From Nannocystis bainbridge (GTDB taxonomy: Bacteria > Myxococcota_A > Polyangia > Nannocystales > Nannocystaceae), in assembly GCF_028368995.1 (NCBI RefSeq), contig NZ_JAQNDL010000002.1:96001-160000 (forward strand): a DNA stretch of 64,000 nt. Direction: 5' to 3'. A program made the position numbers and the translations under genes. A model generated the notes under the pieces. That model worked only from the letters and a program-made list of their open reading frames with translations, did not search any database and was not told where the DNA came from. This document shows positions 49,734 to 59,221 of this stretch, piece after piece (the stretch's first letter is position 1; every line of letters begins with the position of its first letter).

Positions 49734-51890
49734 ATGAACCCGTGGATGAAGTGGATCCTCCTGGCGACCCCGATCGCGCTGACGCAGTGCCGCTCGAGCG
49801 CGGTGACCCCGATCGGCACCGTGACGCCCGACGGCAACAACAACGTGATGCTGGCGCACGGGCAAGGGGACGTGGCTTACGAGGCGCCGCCACACACGTT
49901 CTCGCCGCGCCCGCACCCGCCGCGCAGCCGCGGTGACGCGCCGCCGCCGAACCTGGCGGCGCTGCCGAAGATGGTGTCGCGGATCGATCAGTGCTACGGG
50001 CCGAGCGGTGGGGCGGTGGCGACGGGGTCGAGCCCGATCGCCCGGCCGGCGAAGAAGCCGGCGCCGGCGCAGCCGAAATACAAGCAGGTGCCCTACAACC
50101 AGGGCGGGGCCTCGCCGCCGCCGGCGCCCTCGCCGATCCAGAGCTCGCCGTCCGGCGGGGTGCTCGGCAAGGGCAGCGCCGGGCTCGGGGAAGGTCGCGC
50201 CAGCAGCCGCGGGTATGGGGACGCCGGGGGCGGTCCGCCGCCGCCGCCGACCACAGCTTCCAAGTCGGCGGCGCCGAAGCCGGAGTCGGCGGCCGACGTG
50301 CGCGCCGAGAAGAAGAAGCAGAAGGACGCCGAACGCCGGCGCGACAAGTCGGCCGAGATGGCGCCGTCGGCGAGCCCGCCGGCCGAGGCGCCGCTGGCCG
50401 CCCGCGAAGAGGCGGAGGACGCGAGCTCGGTGGCGTACGAGCCGGTCCGCCCGACCGACGGCGACCAGGAGCAGCAGTACAGCGACTGGGGTCAGGCGAC
50501 GTACCTCTCGAACGACGACACGATGAGCCTGTCGTCGGCGCAGCGGGTGATCTTCGCCATCGACAAGTTCTTGCCGGTGCCGCTCGAGCACATCCGCCCG
50601 CACGAGCTGCTCAACTACTTCTCGTTCGAGACGGCCGAGGTGGCGCCGACCGACGACTTCTCGGTGCTGCCCGAGGTCACCAAAGATCCGAAGCAGGAGG
50701 GCATCTACAACCTCGCGCTGGCGATCCGCGGGCGCCCGGTCGACAAGCAGGCGCGGCGCAACGGCAACCTGACGTTCGTGGTCGACCGCTCGGGCTCGAT
50801 GAGCGACGAGGGCCGCATGGACTACCTCAAGCGCGGCATGCGGAAGATGCTCGGCGAGCTCAAGACCGGCGACCTCGTCAACGTGGTGCTGTTCGACCAC
50901 GAGGTGTGCGTGCCGGTCGAGAACTTCGTGGTCGGGCGCGACAAGCCGGAGGCGCTCGAGAAGGCGATCGACAGGATGAAGCCGCGCGGGTCGACCGACG
51001 TGCACGCGGGCCTGACCCGCGGCTACGAGCTGGCCGACCGGGGCTACCAGCCGACCTACAACAACCGGGTGGTGCTGGTCACCGACGCGCTCGCCAACAC
51101 CGGCAACACCGACCCGCGGACCATGGCGATGGTCAGCAAGTACTACGACCAGCGGAAGATCCGCCTGTCGGGCGTCGGCGTCGGCACCGAGTTCAACGAC
51201 GCGCTGCTCGACAAGCTGACCGAGCGCGGCAAGGGGGCCTACGTGTTCCTCGGCTCGGAGGCGGAGGTCGACGCGGTGTTCGGCCCGCGCTTCATCTCGC
51301 TGCTCGAGACGACGGCGATGGACGTCCACTTCCAGCTGCACCTGCCGCCGTCGCTGCGCATGAACGTGTTCTACGGCGAAGAGAGCTCGGCGGTGAAAGA
51401 GGACGTGCAGGCGATCCACTACTTCGCCAACACCTCGCAGCTGTTCCTGGTCGACGTGATGGCCCGCGGCGACAAGAAGCTGCGGCCGCAGGACCAGATC
51501 ATGCTGACGATCGAGTACGAGGACCCGGAGTCGGGGCAGAAGATGCTCGAGGAGCGGGCGTTCTCGCTGGGGGAGATCGAGCGCGAGGCCTACAACATCC
51601 GCAAGGGCCGGCTGCTGATGGCGTGGGCCGACCGGCTGGCGCTGATGGCCTCGCGGCCGCAGCCGATCGGCACGGCGCCGGTGGCGGGCGCGTGGATCGA
51701 CGCCGACGGCTGGCAGCAGTGCGAGCAGGGCAAGGCGGACCTGCGCGACATGGCCCAGGGCATGAACGACCCCGAGGTCACGCGCGTGGTGTCGCTGTGG
51801 GACAAGTTCTGCGCGCGCTACGAGCAGCCGCGCAACCCGGTGCGCCGCACGCCGGCGTCCGGGCCCGACGCCTGGCCGTCGGCCCGCTGA
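49734..51890 (+). CDS. vWA-domain (YfbK-like) exported protein/lipoprotein
   Basis: AAGGAG RBS; signal ending LTQC; IRPHELLNYF, FVVDRSGSM, VVLVTD.LAN. Confidence 0.85.
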   Translation: MNPWMKWILLATPIALTQCRSSAVTPIGTVTPDGNNNVMLAHGQGDVAYEAPPHTFSPRPHPPRSRGDAPPPNLAALPKMVSRIDQCYGPSGGAVATGSSPIARPAKKPAPAQPKYKQVPYNQGGASPPPAPSPIQSSPSGGVLGKGSAGLGEGRASSRGYGDAGGGPPPPPTTASKSAAPKPESAADVRAEKKKQKDAERRRDKSAEMAPSASPPAEAPLAAREEAEDASSVAYEPVRPTDGDQEQQYSDWGQATYLSNDDTMSLSSAQRVIFAIDKFLPVPLEHIRPHELLNYFSFETAEVAPTDDFSVLPEVTKDPKQEGIYNLALAIRGRPVDKQARRNGNLTFVVDRSGSMSDEGRMDYLKRGMRKMLGELKTGDLVNVVLFDHEVCVPVENFVVGRDKPEALEKAIDRMKPRGSTDVHAGLTRGYELADRGYQPTYNNRVVLVTDALANTGNTDPRTMAMVSKYYDQRKIRLSGVGVGTEFNDALLDKLTERGKGAYVFLGSEAEVDAVFGPRFISLLETTAMDVHFQLHLPPSLRMNVFYGEESSAVKEDVQAIHYFANTSQLFLVDVMARGDKKLRPQDQIMLTIEYEDPESGQKMLEERAFSLGEIEREAYNIRKGRLLMAWADRLALMASRPQPIGTAPVAGAWIDADGWQQCEQGKADLRDMAQGMNDPEVTRVVSLWDKFCARYEQPRNPVRRTPASGPDAWPSAR

Positions 51891-51955
51891 GCCGGGTACG
51901 AACGAGGGCCGCGCGCCGCAGCTCGTAGGAGCGGCGGCCGCGGCCCTGGCCTTTG

Positions 51956-52015
51956 GGGCATGTCCTCAAAGACCTGGCGCGAGGAGCATGTCCCGGGGGA
52001 CATGCCCCTTCGGAC
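51956..52015. repeat. 14-bp-phased array (4 units) between convergent genes
   Basis: Cores at 51959, 51973, 51987, 52001; perfect TGTCCCGGGGGACA at 51989. Confidence 0.8.
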
Positions 52016-52770
52016 TAGATGCAGGGCGGCGAGGCCTCGATGGTGTGGCCGCAGTGGACCTCGGCCTCGGCGGGACCGGTGGCGGCGATCGTCAGGTGGT
52101 AGAGGCGGCAGGCGAGCGTGTTGCCGGTGGCGTCCTCGGCGTTGTACGGCTCGGTGTCCATGAAGTTGGCGCAGGTGGCCATGCACTCGCCGGGGCTCGC
52201 ATGCTCGCCCGGGCACAGCGCGGTGGCGATGGCGCAGAAGCCCTCGCAGTTCTGGCCGCACGCGCCGGCGCCGCCCGGGCCGGCGTGCACGCAGTGGACG
52301 GTCGGCTCGATCGAGGCCATGCCGGCGTGGTAGGCCCGGCAAGCCAGCGAGTTGCCCGAGGTCTCGCCCGGCGAGCCCTGCGGCAGGCCGCTGCAGGCGC
52401 CGAGGCAGCTCTCCAGGCTCGGGTACTGGGCGTCGACGAGGGTGCAGCTGCCCATCATCGCCGCGCAGTACATCATGCAGCCGGCGTCGGGATCGCCGCC
52501 GGTGGTGGTGGTGCCGGTGGTCGGATCGACGGGGCCGGTGGTCGGATCGGCGGGGCCCGTCGAGGTCGAGGTCGGCTCGTCGGTGGTCCAGCCGGTCGAG
52601 GAGGTCGTGGTGCTCGTGGTGGTCGTGAGGTCGCCGCTGGCCTGGGTCGCGGTCGTGATCACGGCGGTGCCGGCGGAGGTCGAGCCGGTGTCGTCGCCGC
52701 GCGAGTCGTCGAAGCAGGCGGAGGACAGGAGGGCACCGAGGAGGGGGAGGACGAGGACGCGAGAGATCAT
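52015..52770 (-). CDS. Cys/His-rich lipoprotein with Thr-rich linker and two tandem C..C...GN(S/T)LACR.YH repeats
   Basis: LSSAC lipobox; GNSLACRAYH...HCVH and GNTLACRLYH...HCGH. Confidence 0.82.
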   Translation of the reverse strand: MISRVLVLPLLGALLSSACFDDSRGDDTGSTSAGTAVITTATQASGDLTTTTSTTTSSTGWTTDEPTSTSTGPADPTTGPVDPTTGTTTTGGDPDAGCMMYCAAMMGSCTLVDAQYPSLESCLGACSGLPQGSPGETSGNSLACRAYHAGMASIEPTVHCVHAGPGGAGACGQNCEGFCAIATALCPGEHASPGECMATCANFMDTEPYNAEDATGNTLACRLYHLTIAATGPAEAEVHCGHTIEASPPCI

Positions 52771-53020
52771 GCGTGGGCCTTGCGTGGCGGGGTGAACCGG
52801 CGTGGACAGGTCACACGCCGCCGCTGCTCGCTTCCGTCGAGCGCGAGGCGTGCGCGATCCTGGCCTTGTCGATGGCGATCCGAGTCTGCGGCCCGCGCGA
52901 TCGGGTTGTCAACCGCGGGGCGTGGGGCTTTGGGGCCGCAGAGGCGCGGTGAAGAACCTGTCTGCAAGGACATGTGAACGCGGTAGACCGGGGCCGCGCG
53001 GCGAGTCGCGCGGGCCCGCG

Positions 53021-53341
53021 TCAGCGCAGGCAGACGTGGCTGATCTCCTCGGTCGAGGTCGCCCGGGCGATGCAGTCGCGCGCGCCCGGCGGCAGCGACA
53101 GGCCCTCGCAGCGCTGCAGCTCGGGCACGAACCGGCGGGCGAACTCCTGCTGCTTGCGCCGCGTCAGCACGGGGTCGCTGTAGCCCTGCTCGGCGAGCTC
53201 GAGGGCGACGATGCGGTCGAGGATGACGGCGCAGTCGTCGGCGCCGGCCCGCTCCGAGCGGCACGTCAGCAGCAACAGCGCCAGGCCGAGCGGGGCGAGG
53301 CGAGGCGAGCGCGGCGGCGGCGTGGGCTGCGGGTCGGTCAT
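53021..53341 (-). CDS. Small Cys-containing lipoprotein (106 aa)
   Basis: LLLTC lipobox-like; four further Cys; downstream of tonB. Confidence 0.7.
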   Translation of the reverse strand: MTDPQPTPPPRSPRLAPLGLALLLLTCRSERAGADDCAVILDRIVALELAEQGYSDPVLTRRKQQEFARRFVPELQRCEGLSLPPGARDCIARATSTEEISHVCLR

Positions 53342-53451
53342 GGCCGGGTGGTCGATGGGACATGTCCTCGAGGACAGTCCGGATAAAGCTGCTCGGTGAA
53401 GCTGAGGATGTCCCTCAGGACATGTCTTCGAGGACGGGTGGCAGCGAGAGA

Positions 53452-54288
53452 TCAGCGGTCGCGGGTGAAGTGGACGCGGATGGCGGGCGAGCGGGCGCGG
53501 ACTGGCCGGCCGTCGCGGTCGAGCGCGGGGGTGAAGCGGGTCCGGCGGGCGCAGGCGAGGGCGGCGGCGCCGAAGCCGTCGCCGGGGTCGGCGACGAGCT
53601 CGGCCTTTTCGACGACGCCGCGCTCGTCGACGAGGACCCGGATGGTGGCGACCTGCTCGTCGAGCGCCAGGCCGTCGGCCTCGAGCGGCCACGGGCAGTT
53701 CCATTCGCTGCTGGCGAGCGCGACCGGGCGCGAGCGATCGGCGGCGGTCGGAGCGGCGGGCGGTGGCTTGATCGGCGCGGGCTGGGGCGGCGGGGCGGTC
53801 GGCTGCGAGCTGGCGTTCGGGACAGGTCGGGTGCCGGTGCCGGTCGAAGTGGTGGCGCCGCCGACGTACGCGCTGGCTCCGCCGACGATGACGACGTCGC
53901 CGGTCAGATCGAGGGCGCCCGGCGGCGCGGCGACGACCCGGCCGGCGCGTGCGGGCGCGGGACGGGCAGGTTTGGCGGGCGCGGGCACGGCGGCGGCGAC
54001 GGCCGGGGCGGGCTCGCTGGCGGCCGGCGGAGGTTCGGGCGCGGCTGGCTCAGGGGGCGGCGGGGGCGGCTCGGTGCGCTCGACGTCGGCGAGCTGCAGG
54101 CGGGTAAGCTCGTCGTGCACGCGCGCGGCCATGGTGGCGCTCCAGGTCTCGAGCGTGGGCTGGGCCCGCAAGATCATGACGGCGAGGCCGAGGTGCAGGA
54201 CGACGGCGACGATGATCGCGTGGTGCCGCCGCGAGGCCGGCGGGGCGGCGGCGGCGAACACCTGGGCGGCGATGCCGGGCCGGGTCAC
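53452..54288 (-). CDS. tonB: TonB family energy transducer
   Basis: N-terminal TM with His (AVVLHLGL), Pro-rich linker, C-domain VLVDERG.V...DPGDGFGAAALAC...RFTPA. Confidence 0.85.
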   Translation of the reverse strand: MTRPGIAAQVFAAAAPPASRRHHAIIVAVVLHLGLAVMILRAQPTLETWSATMAARVHDELTRLQLADVERTEPPPPPPEPAAPEPPPAASEPAPAVAAAVPAPAKPARPAPARAGRVVAAPPGALDLTGDVVIVGGASAYVGGATTSTGTGTRPVPNASSQPTAPPPQPAPIKPPPAAPTAADRSRPVALASSEWNCPWPLEADGLALDEQVATIRVLVDERGVVEKAELVADPGDGFGAAALACARRTRFTPALDRDGRPVRARSPAIRVHFTRDR

Positions 54289-54308
54289 GCGCGGGCCTCC
54301 GGGCAGGA

Positions 54309-54447
54309 TGTCCCGCGGGACAGGTGAGAGAGGCGCGGGGCCGGGGCGAGCGGGGTCGGGCAGGATGTCCCGTGAGGCAGGTCGAGACACCGGTGAGACA
54401 GGGGCGTGTTCGCGCAGGATGTCCCACGGGACATGTCTTCTTGGACG
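54309..54447. repeat. Cluster of TGTCC-N4-GGACA copies between exbD and tonB
   Basis: Perfect copies at 54309 and 54420, degenerate at 54366 and 54434; a similar cluster at 53363-53436. Confidence 0.8.
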
Positions 54448-54469
54448 TGTGCGGAGGACGCCTGGCGAG

Positions 54470-54901
54470 TCACGGGGTCGCCTCCGGGGCTGGCGCGGGG
54501 GCCAGGGTGGCGAAGGCGACGCGGTAGACGCCGCCGCGCTGGAGGGCATCGATGGTGGCGATGACGCGGCGGTGGGCGACCTCGCCGTCGGCGTGGATGA
54601 CGGCGCGGACCTGGGGGCTGCGGGCGCGCACGGCGGCGGCGCGGCGGACGAGGTCGTCGTCGCCGGCGAGCGGCTCGCCGTCGACGAGGGTGGCACCGCG
54701 CTCGGGGACGATGACGCTCAGCACGACCTGGACCTCGCCGGCGGTGCTGGCCTCCGGCAGGTCCATCTCGACCGCGGGGGTGACGATGATCTTGGCGGTG
54801 ACGATGAAGATGATGAGCAGGACCAGGACGACGTCGACCATCGGCGTGACGTTGATGCCGACGATGAGGCCGCCCGGGTCGCCGCTGGAGTGACCGGCCA
54901 T
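54470..54901 (-). CDS. exbD: ExbD/TolR biopolymer transport protein
   Basis: INVTPMVDVVLVLLIIFIVT, IHADGEV. Confidence 0.92.
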   Translation of the reverse strand: MAGHSSGDPGGLIVGINVTPMVDVVLVLLIIFIVTAKIIVTPAVEMDLPEASTAGEVQVVLSVIVPERGATLVDGEPLAGDDDLVRRAAAVRARSPQVRAVIHADGEVAHRRVIATIDALQRGGVYRVAFATLAPAPAPEATP

Positions 54902-55590
54902 CAGCGCGCCTCCGCCGGGCCTTCGGGACCTGGCTTTTCGGACATGTAGGCGAGGACGAGGTTGGTGAGCGCCTCGCTGCCCTGGCACAGCGAGGTGATC
55001 CGGCGCTGGAAGGCGTTGTAGGCGGCGACGGCGGGGAGGGCGACGAGGAGGCCGACGGCGGTGGCGACGAGGGCCTCGGCGATGCTCGACATGACGGCGT
55101 TGGAGGCGACCTGCGAGGCGGCGCCGGTGCCCCCGCCGTGGCCGGGCGCGGCGTGGCCGAGCTCCTCGAAGGCCGCGATGACGCCGATGACGGTGCCGAG
55201 CAGGCCGACGAAGGGGGCGTTGTTGCCGAGGGTGCCGAGGAATATAAGCCCGCGCTCGAGCTGGCCGCGCTCGAGCGCGAGGGCGCTCTGCATCGCGTAC
55301 TCGGCGGCCTTGGGGCCGCGGTCGGCGAGGCGCAGACCAGCAGCGGCGATCGCCGCGGCGACGCTGGGCGAGTCGGCGAGCAGCCGCAAGGCGCCGTCGC
55401 GGTCGCCGGCCTGCAAGAGGTTGCCGACGCGGCCGGCGAGCAGGCGCAGGTCGCCGCCGCGGGCGCGCAGGACCAACCAGCGCTCGACGGTGAGGGCGAC
55501 GCTGACGACCGAGAGCAGGCCGAGCAGCCACAGCACCCAGCCGGCGCCGGCGCGGAGGAAGAGCTGCTGGAGGGCGTCGATCGGGGTCAT
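54901..55590 (-). CDS. exbB: ExbB/TolQ/MotA proton channel protein
   Basis: LGTLGNNAPFVGLLGTVIGVI, IAEALVATAVGLLVALPA..AYN. Confidence 0.93.
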   Translation of the reverse strand: MTPIDALQQLFLRAGAGWVLWLLGLLSVVSVALTVERWLVLRARGGDLRLLAGRVGNLLQAGDRDGALRLLADSPSVAAAIAAAGLRLADRGPKAAEYAMQSALALERGQLERGLIFLGTLGNNAPFVGLLGTVIGVIAAFEELGHAAPGHGGGTGAASQVASNAVMSSIAEALVATAVGLLVALPAVAAYNAFQRRITSLCQGSEALTNLVLAYMSEKPGPEGPAEAR

Positions 55591-55594
55591 GGGG

Positions 55595-56323
55595 TCACTC
55601 CTCGGCGGTCCAGGCCAGCCGCGGCGGGACGGCGATCATGGCGAAGCGCACGGCCGCCAGGGCGTCGGCGGCGGGCGAGGCCGGGTCTTCGGCGGCGAGG
55701 GCGTTGAGGTCGTGCGGGCCGGGGCCGAGCGCCGCGAGCTCGTCGAACTCGACGCCGGCCCACCAGGCGGCGCCGTCGACGGTGACCTCGAGCGCGCCGC
55801 CAGGGTCGAGCTCGAACGGGCCGATCCGCAGGCCCTCGAGGGTGCGGCTGCCGCGGAGCACGGGGGCGACGTCGAGGTCGGCGGTGAACTCGAAGGACAT
55901 GTCCCCGGAGACAGCCGTGCCGGCGAACCGCGCCGCGCGCCCGCCGGGGGCGCCCTCCTGCGCGCGCGGCTTGGCCTGCGTCTTGAGCCAGGTGACGCCG
56001 TAGTCGAGCATGGCCGAGCGGACCTGGCCGGGCAGGACCTCGAGCTCGCCGAGCGGCTGCGGCTGGGGGTCGAGCAGGTCGACGGCGGCGACGGCGGCGA
56101 ACTCGGCGGCCGCGGTGGCGCACAGCTCGGAGGACGCGGCCGCGGTGGCGCACAGGTAGAGCGGGCCGAGGCCGAGCTCGGCGCGCGTGAGGGTGACGGT
56201 CCAGGCGCCCACGGTCAGCTCGGTCGCGGCCCCGCGCGCCCGCAGCGGGGCCCGAAAGGCCGGCTCGCCGGTGGCGCCGCAGGCGGCGCAGAGCAGCAGG
56301 AGGATGGCTGGTCGAAGGGACAT
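55595..56323 (-). CDS. TBDR-associated lipoprotein of unknown function
   Basis: LLCAAC lipobox; lies between the TBDR and exbB. Confidence 0.75.
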   Translation of the reverse strand: MSLRPAILLLLCAACGATGEPAFRAPLRARGAATELTVGAWTVTLTRAELGLGPLYLCATAAASSELCATAAAEFAAVAAVDLLDPQPQPLGELEVLPGQVRSAMLDYGVTWLKTQAKPRAQEGAPGGRAARFAGTAVSGDMSFEFTADLDVAPVLRGSRTLEGLRIGPFELDPGGALEVTVDGAAWWAGVEFDELAALGPGPHDLNALAAEDPASPAADALAAVRFAMIAVPPRLAWTAEE

Positions 56324-56381
56324 GCGCGAAAGGACCGGTGACGAGGGACAGGTGTGAGAGGACAGGTCCGAAGAGGCAGGT
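56304..56381. repeat. 14-bp-phased array (6 units) between the TBDR and lipoprotein genes
   Basis: Cores at 56307, 56321, 56335, 56349, 56363, 56377. Confidence 0.8.
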
Positions 56382-56383
56382 GG

Positions 56384-59002
56384 CTAGAAGTGGAGGGTGA
56401 GGGTGCCCATGACGCTGAGCGGGGGGCCGGCGGCGAAGTGGCGGGCAGGCAGGAGGGAGGGGATCGGGCGGGTGCCCCAGTCGGAGACGAAGTTGTACTC
56501 GGTGGCGGCCCAGCGGCGGGCGAGCAGGTTGAAGACCTCGACGCCGACTTCGACGACCCTCCAGCGGACGGCGGCGCTGGCGTCGAGGAGGTGGACGGGG
56601 TCGGCGAACTGTCCGTAAGGCAAGGGCCGCGGGGACAGGTAGGAGTAGCCGAGGCCGACGCGCAGGCCGAGCGGGTGGCCCCCGAGCTCCACGAGGTCCT
56701 TGTCGATGCCGATGTCGCCGCGCACGACCACCGGCGGGACGTAGGGCAGCAGCTGGCCGGGGACGTAAGGCGGCGAGGGGTTCTCGGCGGTGGCCGGCGG
56801 CGGGGCGCGCAGGACGGCGTGCACGTAGGTGACGCTGCCGGCGGCGACCAGCCATGGGAGAGGGCGGGCGATCAACTGGAGGGCGGCGCCGGCCCGGCGG
56901 GTGGGGCCGACTTTCTCGAGCCGGCCCTCCTCGGGATCGAAGGCGAGGTCCTGGGCGAGGAAGGTGGCGAAGCCGGCGGCGCTGAGCTGGAGGCGACCGC
57001 CGAGCGGGCTCATGCGCACGCCACCCTCGGTGCTGTGGACCTTGGCGAACGGGGCCCGCTCGCCCTCGTCGAGCTGGCGCGCCTGCGGCGAGCGGTAGCC
57101 CTGGCCGTAGGCGGCGAACAAGCTGACCCAAGGGACAGGCGCGACCTCGAGGCTGACGCGCGGGCCGGCGGCCACGCCGGTGGCGGTGCGGCGGTGACCG
57201 ACGAGGTGGCTCTCGATCTGGTAGGGGGCGATGAAGTTGCCGAGGCGATCGTCGATGTCGTAGTGGAGGACGTCGGCCCGGCCGCCGCCGCGCAGGCGCA
57301 CGCGCTTGCCGAAGCGGAGGTCGAGGTCGCCGTAGAGGCCGACGTCGCTGGCGAGCACGGTGGCGTCGACGCGGCGGTCCCAGGTCTCGTTCTGCGGGGC
57401 CTGCAGCAGGTTCTGGGCCTGCTGGATGTTGTGAATCCGGGCCGAGGCGCCGACCTCGAAGGCGGCGTGGAACCACGGGGCGGGGCGCCAGCCGGCTGTC
57501 CGATGGGACAGGCGCATGCCGCCGCCGAAGTCGCGGTTCTGCTGCTCGATGAGGTCGCCGCGGCCGACCCACATCGGCATGACGACGCCGCGCTGGGTGT
57601 AGCCGGTGAAGTTCTCGCGGCTGTGAAAGTCGACGAGGGCGGTCCACACGGCCATGCGCGTGACGGCCCCGCGCTCGCCGCGGCGCTCGAGCTCGAGCGA
57701 GAGGTGGCCGCGCGCGGCGGAGGCGGACTGACTGTTGGCGGAGGGGTCGCCGTAGCTGTCGTAAAAGCCGACGTCGCCGGCGGCGACGTCGTCGCGGCGG
57801 AGGACCCCGGCGAGGCCGGCCCGCGCGGCGTAGGCGGCGACGTGGACCTTGCCGCGCCAGCCACCGGCGGCCGAGAAGGCGAACTGGCCCATGGCCATGC
57901 CCGAGAGGCCGCCGCGGTTGATGCCGAAGCCGCGGGTGCGGCGGACGGCGGCGGCGGCGAAGGTCTCGTCCTCCTGACCCTTGGGGGCCCACAGCACGAG
58001 CTGGCGGAAGGTGGCGAAGGAGCCGCCGGTGCTGCGCAGCTGGACGCCGCGGCGGGGGACGGCGAGGTCGAAGTCGATGCTGCCGGCGACGGCGAAGTCG
58101 CCCTGCCGCGGGTCGTAGACGCCCTCGGTGACGCGGATCGATCGCACGGTCTCGGGCACGATCCAGTTGAGGTCGGCGTAGCCCTGGCCGTGCAGGTGCG
58201 AGACCTGGTTGAGCGGCAAGGCGCCGGCGGTGATCTCGATGTCCTGACCGTGCGCCGCGTTGAAGCCGCGCAGGGTGATCTCGTGGGCGACGGCCTCGCC
58301 CTCGGCGCGGGCGACGTAGACGCCAGGGGCGCTGCTCAGCATGTCGGCGGCGCTCTGCCGCGGCGGGGCGGCGAGGATGTCGCGCTCGACGACAAAGTCG
58401 CTGGCGGCCCGCGGCGGAGGCCGGCGGCTGCGAGCGGCGACGTCGAGGACGGGCTCGCTATCGCTGGGGGCGCCCGGCGGGGTGGTCGAAGGGGCAGGTG
58501 AGGTGGTCGAAGGGACAGGTTGCTTCGGGGTGGCCGAAGGGGCAGGTTGGCTGTCCGAAGAGGCAGGTTGCGCGGGGCTGTCCGAGGGGGCAGGTGATGG
58601 GTCCGAAGGAGCAGGTTGAGCGGGGCTGTCCGAAGGAGCAGGTTCGACGTCCGCGGGCTGGACCGGGGGGGCGAAGCTGAAGGGGACGCGGATCTTGACG
58701 GCCACCGGGAGGTCGCCGCGGCGCGCCGGCTCGAACCGCCACTGCTTGACGGCGGCCACGGCGGCGTCGTCGAAGGCGGCCCCGCCGCTCTTGAGCACCT
58801 CGGTGGCGCCGACCCGGCCGTCGGCCTCGACGGTGACGGCGAGCTCGACGGCGACGGTGTCGCTGCGCGCCTCGGCGAGCGGGTAGACGGCGTCGACGCG
58901 GTGCCGCGGGCTCGGCGGGACGACGGCAGGCGCGGCCCACCCCGGAGCGGCCCACAGGCACGCCGCGAGGCAGGCGCAGAGGGTGACGCGAGCGCGTGAC
59001 AC
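56384..59002 (-). CDS. TonB-dependent receptor with N-terminal TonB C-terminal domain
   Basis: N-domain FDDAAVAAVKQWRFEPA; plug LRGFNAAHGQD...SHLHGQGYADLN; FNLL...; C-terminal TLTLHF. Confidence 0.92.
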   Translation of the reverse strand: MSRARVTLCACLAACLWAAPGWAAPAVVPPSPRHRVDAVYPLAEARSDTVAVELAVTVEADGRVGATEVLKSGGAAFDDAAVAAVKQWRFEPARRGDLPVAVKIRVPFSFAPPVQPADVEPAPSDSPAQPAPSDPSPAPSDSPAQPASSDSQPAPSATPKQPVPSTTSPAPSTTPPGAPSDSEPVLDVAARSRRPPPRAASDFVVERDILAAPPRQSAADMLSSAPGVYVARAEGEAVAHEITLRGFNAAHGQDIEITAGALPLNQVSHLHGQGYADLNWIVPETVRSIRVTEGVYDPRQGDFAVAGSIDFDLAVPRRGVQLRSTGGSFATFRQLVLWAPKGQEDETFAAAAVRRTRGFGINRGGLSGMAMGQFAFSAAGGWRGKVHVAAYAARAGLAGVLRRDDVAAGDVGFYDSYGDPSANSQSASAARGHLSLELERRGERGAVTRMAVWTALVDFHSRENFTGYTQRGVVMPMWVGRGDLIEQQNRDFGGGMRLSHRTAGWRPAPWFHAAFEVGASARIHNIQQAQNLLQAPQNETWDRRVDATVLASDVGLYGDLDLRFGKRVRLRGGGRADVLHYDIDDRLGNFIAPYQIESHLVGHRRTATGVAAGPRVSLEVAPVPWVSLFAAYGQGYRSPQARQLDEGERAPFAKVHSTEGGVRMSPLGGRLQLSAAGFATFLAQDLAFDPEEGRLEKVGPTRRAGAALQLIARPLPWLVAAGSVTYVHAVLRAPPPATAENPSPPYVPGQLLPYVPPVVVRGDIGIDKDLVELGGHPLGLRVGLGYSYLSPRPLPYGQFADPVHLLDASAAVRWRVVEVGVEVFNLLARRWAATEYNFVSDWGTRPIPSLLPARHFAAGPPLSVMGTLTLHF

Positions 59003-59092
59003 CGGGATCGAACGGTTAAGAGATCGAGGCCGAGGCCGTCAAGCGAGCGGGCCGCTCCCGCACTCGAGTCGCTGTTGTCAGCCGACTGCAAT

Positions 59093-59107
59093 TGCAATGC
59101 GAGTGCA
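59093..59107. promoter_or_regulatory. Fur-family (Zur-like) 7-1-7 box upstream of the TBDR operon
   Basis: TGCAATG-C-GAGTGCA within ACTGCAATTGCAATGCGAGTGCAT, ~90 bp upstream of the TBDR start. Confidence 0.55.
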
Positions 59108-59221
59108 TGTGCGGATTGTGCGCGAAGTGGCTTCGGGCGGCCCCAGGCGGCGCGCACGGGCGCCAGGGGACTTACGCGGCGAGACCGTGGGCGGCGAACG
59201 GGCCGTCCGGTCGGAGTTAGG

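Noticed and set aside
59003-59220. Cobalamin riboswitch upstream of the TBDR
   Set aside because: No recognisable B12-box or conserved GGGAA...GCCACTG core; a Fur-type palindrome fits better.
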